Positions 26,336 to 35,438 of a stretch of DNA of 64,000 nt are shown here, piece after piece. The notes under the pieces are model-generated. The model worked only from the letters and a program-made list of their open reading frames with translations. It ran no database searches and was not told the origin of the DNA. A program made the position numbers and the translations under genes. The stretch's first letter is position 1. Each line of letters begins with the position of its first letter. Location of the stretch: assembly GCA_963558435.1 (NCBI GenBank), contig CAUWGM010000010.1, positions 1,432-65,431 on the forward strand. Reading direction: 5' to 3'. The stretch comes from an uncultured Collinsella sp. Its GTDB lineage: Bacteria > Actinomycetota > Coriobacteriia > Coriobacteriales > Coriobacteriaceae.

Positions 26336-28576
26336 GTGGCTAAGAAGAAAACCAACACGCAGAGCAAGAAGAAGCAGGTCAACGCCGATAACGTCATCGG
26401 CCTGCACTCGGAGGTCACGGCGCAGCCCATCACGGAGACGCTCGAGACCAACTACATGCCGTACGCCATGAGCACCAACGTCTCGCGCGCGTTCCCCGAG
26501 ATCGACGGCTTCAAGCCCTCGCACCGCAAGCTGCTCTACACCATGTACAAGATGGGCCTGCTCAAGGGCGAGCGCCAGAAGAGCGCCAACATCGTGGGCC
26601 AGACCATGAAGCTCAACCCGCACGGCGACGCCGCCATCTACGAGACGATGGTCCGCCTCGCCACGGGCAACGAGGCGCTGCTCGCGCCGTTCGTGGAGTC
26701 CAAGGGCAACTTCGGCAAGTACTACTCGGGCGACCTGACCTACGCCGCCTCGCGTTACACCGAGGCCAAGCTCTCCCCCATCTGCGCCGAGATCTTCAAG
26801 GACATCGACAAGGACCCGGTCGACTTCGTGGACAGCTACGACGGCGCCATGAAGGAGCCGCGCCTGCTGCCCACCACGTTCCCCAACATCCTGGTGTCGG
26901 CCAACAAGGGCATCGGCGTGGCCATGGCATCCGACATCTGCGGCTTCAACCTCAACGAGGTCTGCACGGCCACCATGCACTATCTCGAGGACCCCGACTG
27001 CGACCTGCTCGAGTATATGCCCATGCCCGATTTCTCCACCGGCGGCGAGATCATCTACCGCCGCGAGGAGATGGAGCGCATCATCGAGACGGGCCTGGGC
27101 AGCTTCCAGATCCGCTCGCGCTGGCGGTGGGTCCCCGAAGAGCGCATCATCGAGGTCTACGAGATCCCCTACACCACCAAGACCGACGTCATCATCGACC
27201 GCATCGTCAAGCTCTCCAAGGAGGGCAAGGTGCGCGAGATCGCCGACATCCGCGACGAGACCGACCTCTCCGGCCTGCGCATCGCCATCGACTTGAAGCG
27301 CGGCGTGGACCCCGAGAAGCTCATGGCCAAGCTCTACCGCACCACCACGCTGCAGGACTCGTTTTCATGCAACTTCAACGTGCTGGTCGACGGCTATCCG
27401 CGCGTGATGGGCGTGCGCCAGATCCTTCACGAGTGGGTCGCATGGCGCATCCAGTCCACGCGCCGTCGCGTGAACTTCGATTTGGGCAAGAAGTCCGAGC
27501 GCCTGCACCTGCTGCACGGTCTCGAGGCGATCCTGCTCGACATCGACAAGGCCATCGCCATCATCCGCGGCACCAAACTCGAGGCCGAGGTCGTCCCCAA
27601 CCTGATGCGCGGATTTGATATCGACGAGACCCAGGCCGAGTTCGTCGCCGAGCTCAAGCTGCGCAACATCAACGAGGAGTACATCCTCAACCGCACCAAG
27701 GACATCGCGAAGCTCGAGGGCGAGATTAACGAACTCGAGGAGGTCCTCTCGAGCGAGGAGAACATCAAGAAAGTCATCAGCGACGAGCTGGCGGCAGTCA
27801 ACAAGAAATACGTCATGCCGCGTCGCACGGGCCGCATCGAGCCCTCCGACGTGATCGAGGTGAGCCTGGAGCCCGAGGTCGAGGAGTACCCGGTCACCAT
27901 CATGCTCTCGCGCGAGGGCTACCTCAAGAAGATGACGGACCGCGTTCTGCGCAAGGCCGCGGAGCTCAAATACAAGGACGGAGACGAGCCCTTTATCGAG
28001 TTCCCGTCCGCCAACACGCACGAGCTCTTGGTCTTCACCAACAAGAGCCAGGTGTACAAATGCAAGGTCGCGGCGTTCGAGGACACCAAGTCCGCCCAGT
28101 TGGGATCGTATCTGGCAACCGACCTCGAGATGGATCCGGATGAGAGCGTGATCTGGGCCATCGACCCCGAGGATTACAAGGCCGACGCGTTGTTCATCTT
28201 CGAGAACGGCCGCGCGGTGCGCGTCGCGCTTGCCGGCTACGTCACTAAGACCAACCGCAAGCGCCTCAAGAACGCCATCTACGGCGGGTCCAAGCTGCTG
28301 TACGCCCAAGTACTCAAGGAGGACCGCGACATCGCGCTGGTCTCGAGCGACTACCGCCTGATGAACTTCAACACGGCGCTGCTCAAGACCAAGACGACCA
28401 CCAGCACGCAGGGCGTCCAGGCGTTCACCGCCAAGAAGGGCCGCATCGTCACATCTGTGAGCACGACCGAGGAGGTGCTGGGGGCTGGCGTCTCGGCGGA
28501 GAAATTCACCGCACAGGCCCTGCCCTGCGCCGGCGCGCTCATGAAGGAAGACGACATGCCAAGTCTGTTCGACTAG
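26336..28576 (+). CDS. parC: Type IIA topoisomerase subunit A (ParC/GyrA family)
   Basis: GTG at 26336 after AAGAGGAA. PEIDGFKPSHRKLLYTMY, and active-site Tyr context AASRYTEAKL. Confidence 0.85.
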   Translation: MAKKKTNTQSKKKQVNADNVIGLHSEVTAQPITETLETNYMPYAMSTNVSRAFPEIDGFKPSHRKLLYTMYKMGLLKGERQKSANIVGQTMKLNPHGDAAIYETMVRLATGNEALLAPFVESKGNFGKYYSGDLTYAASRYTEAKLSPICAEIFKDIDKDPVDFVDSYDGAMKEPRLLPTTFPNILVSANKGIGVAMASDICGFNLNEVCTATMHYLEDPDCDLLEYMPMPDFSTGGEIIYRREEMERIIETGLGSFQIRSRWRWVPEERIIEVYEIPYTTKTDVIIDRIVKLSKEGKVREIADIRDETDLSGLRIAIDLKRGVDPEKLMAKLYRTTTLQDSFSCNFNVLVDGYPRVMGVRQILHEWVAWRIQSTRRRVNFDLGKKSERLHLLHGLEAILLDIDKAIAIIRGTKLEAEVVPNLMRGFDIDETQAEFVAELKLRNINEEYILNRTKDIAKLEGEINELEEVLSSEENIKKVISDELAAVNKKYVMPRRTGRIEPSDVIEVSLEPEVEEYPVTIMLSREGYLKKMTDRVLRKAAELKYKDGDEPFIEFPSANTHELLVFTNKSQVYKCKVAAFEDTKSAQLGSYLATDLEMDPDESVIWAIDPEDYKADALFIFENGRAVRVALAGYVTKTNRKRLKNAIYGGSKLLYAQVLKEDRDIALVSSDYRLMNFNTALLKTKTTTSTQGVQAFTAKKGRIVTSVSTTEEVLGAGVSAEKFTAQALPCAGALMKEDDMPSLFD

Positions 28577-29065
28577 GGGCTGGTATCCCGCGTCGGTCCG
28601 CTCGTCCGGCCGGCTCGGGCTCGGGTTCGGGCGCGAGACCGAGTGCGCCCCGCCCCCGCGCCCGAGACCGGGGGCGGGCAAGAGCGCAAGCTCGACAGTG
28701 CACCCATGCCCGCTTGAAGCCCGAACAATGGCTCCGATCATCAAACACACGATGCGGCTGCGCGTTCTGTCGGCGATCTGACCCAGATGGGCCGTCGACG
28801 ACACCCATATGCGCACCCGTCATGTTGCACCTATCACGTTTTTCGTATTCGATTCCGGAATTGCCAAGTAGCTGTCGATTCGGTATCAATAAAACCACAG
28901 GTCAGCTAAGTGCGACTACTTTGGTATACAAAGCACTTTTGCAAATCCGTACGAAAAACGTGACCCATACGGCAGACCTCGGCGCGCGGGTCCTGAGACA
29001 CCAACAGCCGCAGGAAACACCCGGGCCTCAGCAGATTGGCTCGGAAAGGTTGCCCAGAGGTTGCC

Positions 29066-29103
29066 AAAAGGAAAAATCCCCCGACCTTTCCGCAGGTCAG
29101 GGG
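29066..29103 (-). terminator. Intrinsic terminator; interpreted as the displaced ancestral guaA terminator
   Basis: On the minus strand, CCCCUGACC-loop-GGUCGGGGG followed by AUUUUUCCUUUU. It begins ~23 nt after the relic GAGTGGGAGTAG. Confidence 0.6.
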
Positions 29104-29125
29104 CTTGGACGGTACCGTTTCTCGC

Positions 29126-29136
29126 TACTCCCACTC
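29126..29136. repeat. att core, left copy (TACTCCCACTC)
   Basis: Identical 11-mer at 41099-41109, where it encodes the last guaA codons (..EWE) and part of the stop codon. Confidence 0.55.
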
Positions 29137-29378
29137 AGTAATCAAATCGTGCATATCCATGGTCTCTCGTCTACGTGGTGCACCGCCGTCTCCCCATTAA
29201 CCGGAATCAGCCGCATTTCACGTGCCCGAGTTGAACTCAAATTGAACTCAACTTCAGTTTATCGGTTTGCGGTTGCGTGTAATGCCCATAGCAATAAATG
29301 ACAGTACGACTCCGAGTTCTTTTCACTCCTTTATGCTTTTCATAACAGAAGTAAGCGACGGTGAGCGTGCAGTTTTCT

Positions 29379-29789
29379 CTAAACTGAGTAATCCCTTATT
29401 GCCTGAACCACACTGGAGGAGTTCCAGCCGACCATCACATCAGAGTTGTCTGCAACCTTTTTGGGAACCCTCTCCTGGCCCCAAGGCCGAACACCTATAA
29501 TCGGCTTACCCATCTCAATTGCTGTATCTATCTCGAAGTCAATCCATTGGCTGTAGTTAACATACATCCCCGCAAGAATAACGACACAGCTGCATTTAGC
29601 AATTTGTGTTGAAATCTTTGTCTTTAACTCCCTAACAGAATTTGCGTCGAGGGGATCGTAAAACGGAACAGAGTAGTCGCTCCAGTAAAAGTAGGACGCA
29701 TCATCCAGCCATTTCTTGACCGTCTCGTAAGGATCCGGGTATTTCCATGAATGACTAATAAACACGTGATAGGTTCTCAAACCAGCCAT
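29379..29789 (-). CDS. TIR-like domain protein (DUF1863/ThsB-like)
   Basis: YHVFISHSWKYPD...CVVILAGMYVNYSQWIDFEIDTAIEMGKPIIGV. This shows a TIR-like core with a candidate catalytic Glu in WIDFEID. Lies 16 nt downstream of the caspase gene. Confidence 0.7.
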   Translation of the reverse strand: MAGLRTYHVFISHSWKYPDPYETVKKWLDDASYFYWSDYSVPFYDPLDANSVRELKTKISTQIAKCSCVVILAGMYVNYSQWIDFEIDTAIEMGKPIIGVRPWGQERVPKKVADNSDVMVGWNSSSVVQAIRDYSV

Positions 29790-29805
29790 CGCAAACCCTT
29801 CCTAT

Positions 29806-30774
29806 TTAGATTTTCCCATCTTTCACCAGCCGCCAATATTGCTTGCCCATGGGTGTCAAATGACAACTCCCGGAATTCATGGCCGCATAATACATGTGCT
29901 CTTCTCCGGTGGGGACAACTAAGCCAATCCCTTCAAGCTTTTGAAGAACGGAGAAAGTTTCCGTATTCGGTTGCTTCGCATAGGGCTCAACAACCTCATG
30001 AGGGCACTCAGGCGTATTTGTAGGCTCAAACGATGGATCGAGTTGCACTTCAGAGCATTCCTCAGTAAACAGCTCCGCCAATCGCCGAATCGTCTTGATG
30101 TCTACTTGAGGAGTAACCTTCCGAATAGAGGTGAAATGGGACACGTTCGTCTTGAAAACAGGCCTTTGCTCCCAAGGGCCTAGAGCCTTGTCGATAAATG
30201 CGTAAATCCCACCAGCACTAATTGCTCCAGTGATATCGGCAGCACCCCCTTTGAGGGCTTCTACCAGCAGCGAGGTAAACACGCCGTGTCCATCGATTTC
30301 CATCGATGTCTCGAATTCGCGGCAGGCGGAAAGAATTGTAACTCCCTCGTTAATCACAGCAGTGTTCTGCCCGGAGGTATTGATGTTCCCCATCTGTCCC
30401 GAATAACAGCTATCGAGGATAATGATTCTCTCTCGGCATTTCGACTGATTGGCAATCGTGAGCACTTCGTCCAACGATACGCCCCAATCATTAGGAGAGT
30501 AATCGGGAGTAACCAAGTATCCACCGACGGAATCGATATACCCATGCCCAGAATAATAAAAGAGAGCCGCTTCGCAATCTCCGTCGAAGCACTTCTTGAT
30601 GTGCTCTCGAAGTTCCCCCTTGGTGGGCACGTCATCTTTCTTGAATACAGAGAAGTTTGGGTCTCCATTCTCGTTATTTGCAAGAAGGTCCTTTATCGCT
30701 TCTGAGTCATTGCGGCACCCCTGCAACGGGCAACCCGGGTAATTGTCAATCCCTACGACTAGAGCCTTTCTCAC
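29806..30774 (-). CDS. Caspase-like (peptidase C14) protein with a ~110-aa C-terminal domain
   Basis: GTG start after AAGGGGGA. ALVVGIDNY, His in FYYSGHGY, Cys in IILDSCYSG. The C-terminal domain is unassigned. Confidence 0.8.
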   Translation of the reverse strand: MRKALVVGIDNYPGCPLQGCRNDSEAIKDLLANNENGDPNFSVFKKDDVPTKGELREHIKKCFDGDCEAALFYYSGHGYIDSVGGYLVTPDYSPNDWGVSLDEVLTIANQSKCRERIIILDSCYSGQMGNINTSGQNTAVINEGVTILSACREFETSMEIDGHGVFTSLLVEALKGGAADITGAISAGGIYAFIDKALGPWEQRPVFKTNVSHFTSIRKVTPQVDIKTIRRLAELFTEECSEVQLDPSFEPTNTPECPHEVVEPYAKQPNTETFSVLQKLEGIGLVVPTGEEHMYYAAMNSGSCHLTPMGKQYWRLVKDGKI

Positions 30775-30836
30775 AAGTCCCCCTTAACATATTTGATGAC
30801 CGCGACATGTCCAGGAACGGCCAAAACACCATCGAA

Positions 30837-31265
30837 TTATCTTCCTTTATACCCGCGCTTCCAGTCGAGGTACTCCTCCTCGGAGATCTCCCCGGAGTCC
30901 CGCCTCGCGCGCATCGCGGCCCATGCCCTGACCGCCGCGTCGAGCTTCTGGGCGCCGGGCGCCGCGGGGTCCACGGCGACCCGAGCCCCGCCATCGTCGG
31001 CCTCGGGCCTCGCGCCGAATCCCTCCTCGAGCCGGAACAGGACCTCAATCGCGTCGCGCGCCGTCTCGACCCCGTAGTCGGCGAGCGCGGCGGGGGCGAC
31101 CCCGAGCGCCCTCGCGAGGGCCTCCAGGTGCTGCGGCCGGGGCGTCCTGAGCCCGAGCTCGTAGTTTCGCACGGCGGACTCGGTCACGCCCGCCATCTCG
31201 GCGAGCTCCCTCTGCAGGAGGCCGCGCCTCGTCCTGAGCTCGCGTATCCTGCTGCCGTCCGCCAT
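30837..31265 (-). CDS. XRE-family HTH regulator (element repressor-like)
   Basis: IRELRTRRGLLQRELAEMAGVTESAVRNYELG. Divergent from the xis/int genes. Confidence 0.8.
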   Translation of the reverse strand: MADGSRIRELRTRRGLLQRELAEMAGVTESAVRNYELGLRTPRPQHLEALARALGVAPAALADYGVETARDAIEVLFRLEEGFGARPEADDGGARVAVDPAAPGAQKLDAAVRAWAAMRARRDSGEISEEEYLDWKRGYKGR

Positions 31266-31419
31266 GTCTCCCCTGTCTCTCTCGTGTACGTGGTGTACCA
31301 GATTATCTCAGGATAACGCATCAGGATATGAAGGATTGTCATGTTGACCGTTCGATTTCGTGCTGCTAGTATCCGAACTGACAGCACGTTTTCGTGCTGT
31401 CGTAAGATTGGAGAGAGAG

Positions 31420-31623
31420 ATGGAGAGCAGAACCATCGGCGCGGACGAGGTCGCCGAGGCCCTCGGCATGTCGCGTGCCTACGCCTACAAGCTCATCCGC
31501 CGGCTCAACAAGGAGATGGAGGAGCGGGGGTGCATAACCGTGCCCGGGCGGGTCAGCCGCGCGTACTTCGAGAAGCGCCTGTTCGGGGGCGAGGGGGATT
31601 CCGATGTCGGTGACAAGGGATAG
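31420..31623 (+). CDS. Small HTH protein, excisionase-like
   Basis: MESRTIGADEVAEALGMSRAYAYKLIRRLNKEMEERGCITVPGRVSRAYFEKRLFG. RBS GGAGAGAGAG. Overlaps the int start. Confidence 0.6.
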   Translation: MESRTIGADEVAEALGMSRAYAYKLIRRLNKEMEERGCITVPGRVSRAYFEKRLFGGEGDSDVGDKG

Positions 31624-32677
31624 GCGGAACGGCACCTGGTACGTCCAGGCCTGGTACAAGACCTACGACGGCAAGCGAGCCCACAAGGTGAAGCGCGGCT
31701 TCAAGACCAAGCCCGAGGCGCTCGCGTGGGAGCGCGACTTCTACGCCGTGCAGGCGGGCGACATGGACATGAAGCTCGTCGACTTCCTCGAGCTCTACAA
31801 GAAGGACATGGGGCCGCGCCTGCGCCTGAGCACCTGGAAGACCAAGGAGTCCATCATTAGGAAGCGCATCCTCCCCTACCTGGGCGAGAAGCGCATGAAC
31901 CAGATCGCCCCGGTCGACGTCGTGAGGTGGCAGAACGAGCTGATGGCCCTCGAGAAGCCGAGCGGGGGCGGGTTCTCCGCGACCTACCTCAAGACCGTCA
32001 ACAACCAGCTCTGCGCGCTCTTCAACCACGCCGTGCGCTTCTACGGCCTCTCGTCGAACCCGTGCCGCAGGGCCGAGTCCATGGGCTCCAAGTCCGCCGG
32101 CGAGATGAGGTTCTGGACCAAGGACCAGTACCTCAGGTTCTCGGACGAGGTCATGGACAAGCCGCTCTCCTTCCACGCCTTCGAGACGCTCTACTGGTGC
32201 GGCGTGCGCGAGGGGGAGCTGCTCGCCCTGAAGCCGCGGAGGTTCGACTTCGAGCGGGGGACCCTCACCGTCGCGGAGTCCTACCAGCGCATCGACGGGC
32301 AGGACGTCCTCACCGACCCGAAGACCCCGAAGTCGAAGCGCGTCATCGCCATGCCGCGCTTCTACGCGGAGGAGATGGAGGCGTTCCTCTCCGCGCTCGA
32401 CCTCGACCCCGACGAACGGATCTTCCCCGTGACCAAGTACTTCCTCAGCCACGAGATGGCGCGCGGCAGCAAGGCGGCGGGCCTCGAGCCGATCCGCGTC
32501 CACGACCTCAGGCACAGCCACGTGTCGCTGCTCATCGACATGGGCTTCACCGCGCTCGCCATCGCGGACCGCATGGGCCACGAGGCGGCCGACATCACCT
32601 ACCGCTACGCCCACCTGTTCCCCAGCGTCCAGGCCGACATGGCCCGCGCCCTGGACGGGGCGAGAAGGGAGAACTGA
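31604..32677 (+). CDS. int: Tyrosine integrase (Tn916-Int-like)
   Basis: MSVTRDRRNGTWYVQAWYKTYDGKRAHKVKRGFKTKPEA..., GVREGELLAL, VHDLRHSHVSLL, YRYAHLF. Confidence 0.9.
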   Translation: MSVTRDRRNGTWYVQAWYKTYDGKRAHKVKRGFKTKPEALAWERDFYAVQAGDMDMKLVDFLELYKKDMGPRLRLSTWKTKESIIRKRILPYLGEKRMNQIAPVDVVRWQNELMALEKPSGGGFSATYLKTVNNQLCALFNHAVRFYGLSSNPCRRAESMGSKSAGEMRFWTKDQYLRFSDEVMDKPLSFHAFETLYWCGVREGELLALKPRRFDFERGTLTVAESYQRIDGQDVLTDPKTPKSKRVIAMPRFYAEEMEAFLSALDLDPDERIFPVTKYFLSHEMARGSKAAGLEPIRVHDLRHSHVSLLIDMGFTALAIADRMGHEAADITYRYAHLFPSVQADMARALDGARREN

Positions 32678-32678
32678 C

Positions 32679-33047
32679 ATGCCCTGCCCCAACTCCGCCC
32701 GCGAGAGGAGCGTCACCATCGGCTTCCGCGTCACGCCCGAGCAGGCCAGGCGCATCGACCTCATGGCGCGCACGTCGGGCATGACCAAGCAGGACTACCT
32801 CTACAAGCGGGCCCTCGAGGAGGAGGTCGTTGTCAGGCCCGACGTGCGCGTCTACAAGATGCTCCGGGACGAGATGGCGCGCGTGTACCGCGAGCTCAGG
32901 CGCATACGGTCCGCTGGAGAGGTCGACGAGGGGCTCGCCTGGACGGTCAACTTCCTCGCGCGGGAGTTCTCCGCCATGCGCGGCGAGGCGGAGCCCTCGG
33001 ACGTTGAGCGGGAGGACGCCCTCATCTTCGGGATGTCGCGGAGGTGA
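32679..33047 (+). CDS. RHH-type small protein (MobC-like?)
   Basis: VTIGFRVTPEQARRIDLMARTSGMTKQDYLYKRAL. The family assignment is tentative. Confidence 0.4.
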   Translation: MPCPNSARERSVTIGFRVTPEQARRIDLMARTSGMTKQDYLYKRALEEEVVVRPDVRVYKMLRDEMARVYRELRRIRSAGEVDEGLAWTVNFLAREFSAMRGEAEPSDVEREDALIFGMSRR

Positions 33048-33276
33048 GGGGCGAGCCTACCCCCGCCCCCGCCGGCGCCAGCGTGATCGTCGTGCGCGCA
33101 GACCCCTCTGTGTCGAGGGTGTGGAACTCCTCTGATGGATGACCCGCACTTTCCAAGCGCTTTCCCCCGTCCGCCTCAATCGGGTATACTTCAGTCATTG
33201 TGAAAAGCCCTAGGGCTTTTAGCGGCTGCGGGTACCTGTACCTTCAGCCGCATTTTTCTTACCTTTTGGAGCCGAT

Positions 33277-34422
33277 ATGGAAGATCCCGGCACCGCGACA
33301 ACAAAGGAACGGCCGCTCATCGACGCCGCCCAGCAGGTCCGCCACCTCAAGGACCGAGGGGTCCGCTTCGAGCTGACGGACGAGCGGGAGGCCGAGCGAT
33401 TCCTGCGGGAGAGCAACTTCTTCTTCAAGGTGAAGGCGTTCGCGAAGTGCTTCTCCCGCTACACCAACCCCGGCTCGGAGCGCTTCGGCTCCTACATCAA
33501 CCTCGACTTCGCCCACCTCGCCGAGCTCACGAGGCTCGACCACCACCTCCGCGAGACGGTCCTCTCCCTCACGCTCGACATCGAGCACTACATGAAGGTC
33601 GAGCTCAACAGGATGATCATGGACGCGGGAGACGACCCCTACGAGCTCATGGCGTCCTTCTTCGCATCCGAGTACGAAAGGAAGATAAAGGTACTCGAGA
33701 AGAGGGTCGACCTTTGCTCCATTCGGTCGAAGGCCCCGGTGGTCAGAAGCCTGTCCGGAGACCTGGCGGCATCGGACGCCAAATCCGTCATCTCCGCCCT
33801 CGCCTCCCTGCTGCACCTGGCATCGGACGCGCTCGGCGGGATAGACCCCGACCACACCGAGAGGAGCCTTGCCGGGCTGGGCGGGTCCTCCTACACCCGC
33901 GGGCTCGTCGAGAAGTACGGGGACCCCGAGCACATGGCGGTCTGGAGCTACCTCGAGCTCGCGTCCTTCGGGGGCGTCATCTCGCTCTACAAGTACTACG
34001 TCTTCGAGCGGCGAGCGATGAAGGATGAGGAGGCAGTAAAGGGCCTACTCTTCCCGACGAAGGCGCTGAGGAACGCCGCCGCCCACAACGGGAACATGCT
34101 CAGCACGCTCAGCTCGAAGCTGAGGAAGCCCGTCGGCTCCATCTCGAGGATGGCGGTCGAGGAGCTGGGAATCGACCGCGAGCTCGTGTCGCTCACCAAG
34201 AGGGCGCCCATCGTCCACGACTTCACCGCCCTCGCCCTCTGCTACATGCACCTGGTCAAGAGCGAGGACGCGAGAGGGGACGCCGCAGAGAGGCTCCAAG
34301 CCCTGCGCAGGCGATTCATGGCGCACAGGGGCTACTTCTCCAAGCAGGGCGAGCTAAAGAACGGCCTGGCAATGCTCAGCGAGGTCATGGACAGAGCGGC
34401 CGGCCGCCTCTCACGGCCATAG
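33277..34422 (+). CDS. Abi_2 (AbiD/AbiF-like) abortive-infection family protein
   Basis: IDAAQQVRHLKDRGVRFELTDEREAERFLRESNFFFKVKAF...LRNAAAHNG. This matches the pattern I associate with Abi-like proteins. Confidence 0.65.
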   Translation: MEDPGTATTKERPLIDAAQQVRHLKDRGVRFELTDEREAERFLRESNFFFKVKAFAKCFSRYTNPGSERFGSYINLDFAHLAELTRLDHHLRETVLSLTLDIEHYMKVELNRMIMDAGDDPYELMASFFASEYERKIKVLEKRVDLCSIRSKAPVVRSLSGDLAASDAKSVISALASLLHLASDALGGIDPDHTERSLAGLGGSSYTRGLVEKYGDPEHMAVWSYLELASFGGVISLYKYYVFERRAMKDEEAVKGLLFPTKALRNAAAHNGNMLSTLSSKLRKPVGSISRMAVEELGIDRELVSLTKRAPIVHDFTALALCYMHLVKSEDARGDAAERLQALRRRFMAHRGYFSKQGELKNGLAMLSEVMDRAAGRLSRP

Positions 34423-34530
34423 TCAACGCCATCGTCGCCTTTCGACTTCCTCCGGGGAGGGCTTGTTGACGTCTAAGTTCCGAATCAGGCAGAATAACGA
34501 CAGATGTAAAAACCCATCAAGGTTTTGTAA

Positions 34531-34566
34531 GAGCGGGGCCGCCTGGCGGAACCGCTCTAGTTTTTT
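34531..34566 (+). terminator. Intrinsic terminator after the Abi gene
   Basis: GAGCGG-GGCCGCCTGGCGGAA-CCGCTC followed by TAGTTTTTT. Confidence 0.6.
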
Positions 34567-35165
34567 AGGCCGACTCTTGAAAGCCCACTGGTGACTGCGA
34601 CCATCCGCTGAAATCCGTAATCCTCGCTCGGACAGAGCGGGTTCGAGTAAGTCCGAGTAGGTCCGAGCAGCCCAGCAGCAACCCTCCTGCCCACAGCATA
34701 AAATCCGCAGCTCAGGCGCATGACATGCCGTCACATGAAGCGGCTGGTTCGGGTAAGAGTAAGTCCGAGTGGTCAGAGTAGGGCCCGACTTCCCCCTCTC
34801 GGCCGGGCGCAGAGCCGATAAGGCGAACTCCAGAGACAACCCAATAACGACGAGCCGAGGCCGGCGGATGCCGGTTATTCCTCGTGCGCGCAGCCTGTCA
34901 CGGGCCCCGCTTTCCTCGCAAGGGCCGCGATGCTTTTCCGGCTTCTTTCGGGCTCGGCCGCCCCCGCTCAGAGCGGTGCCGGCGAAGCTCGCCCGAAACA
35001 ACCGGTCGGCGGCGCCTCCCTGCCGGAAAACCAGCGGCTCCGTCTTCGCTTCCCCACCCTTGCGGCGCGCGGGATCCCGCGCGCCCTCCGCTCCCGCTCC
35101 GGGCGGTCGGCAGCTAACGAGGCATAGCCGTTTGCGGAAGGAGCGTGAGGACGATGAGGGAGAGC

Positions 35166-35438
35166 CTAGAGGTCGGCCGTGTTCTCCACGAGGCCGAAGC
35201 GACCACCGAGCGTCACAAGCGCATCCCCGTCGAGGTACCGCAGGGGCCCGCCGGAGGGAACGCCCCTCGCCTCGTCCACGTCGGTGACCGAAGCGTTCCA
35301 GTCGCACACCGGGCAGTAGAACGCAATCTCCCCCGGGCGGCGGGAGTACCGGAACATGCGGAGGTCCCCGCCGCACGCAGGGCAGCGCCGGTAGGGACGG
35401 TCGCCGGGATGCTCCCTGAAATGCTCGAAGACGCCCAT
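35166..35438 (-). CDS. Zinc-ribbon protein (two CxxC pairs)
   Basis: MGVFEHFREHPGDRPYRRCPACGGDLRMFRYSRRPGEIAFYCPVCDW... RBS GGAAGGGGGA. The first 22 codons and the upstream region are duplicated at 40053-40119. Confidence 0.5.
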   Translation of the reverse strand: MGVFEHFREHPGDRPYRRCPACGGDLRMFRYSRRPGEIAFYCPVCDWNASVTDVDEARGVPSGGPLRYLDGDALVTLGGRFGLVENTADL

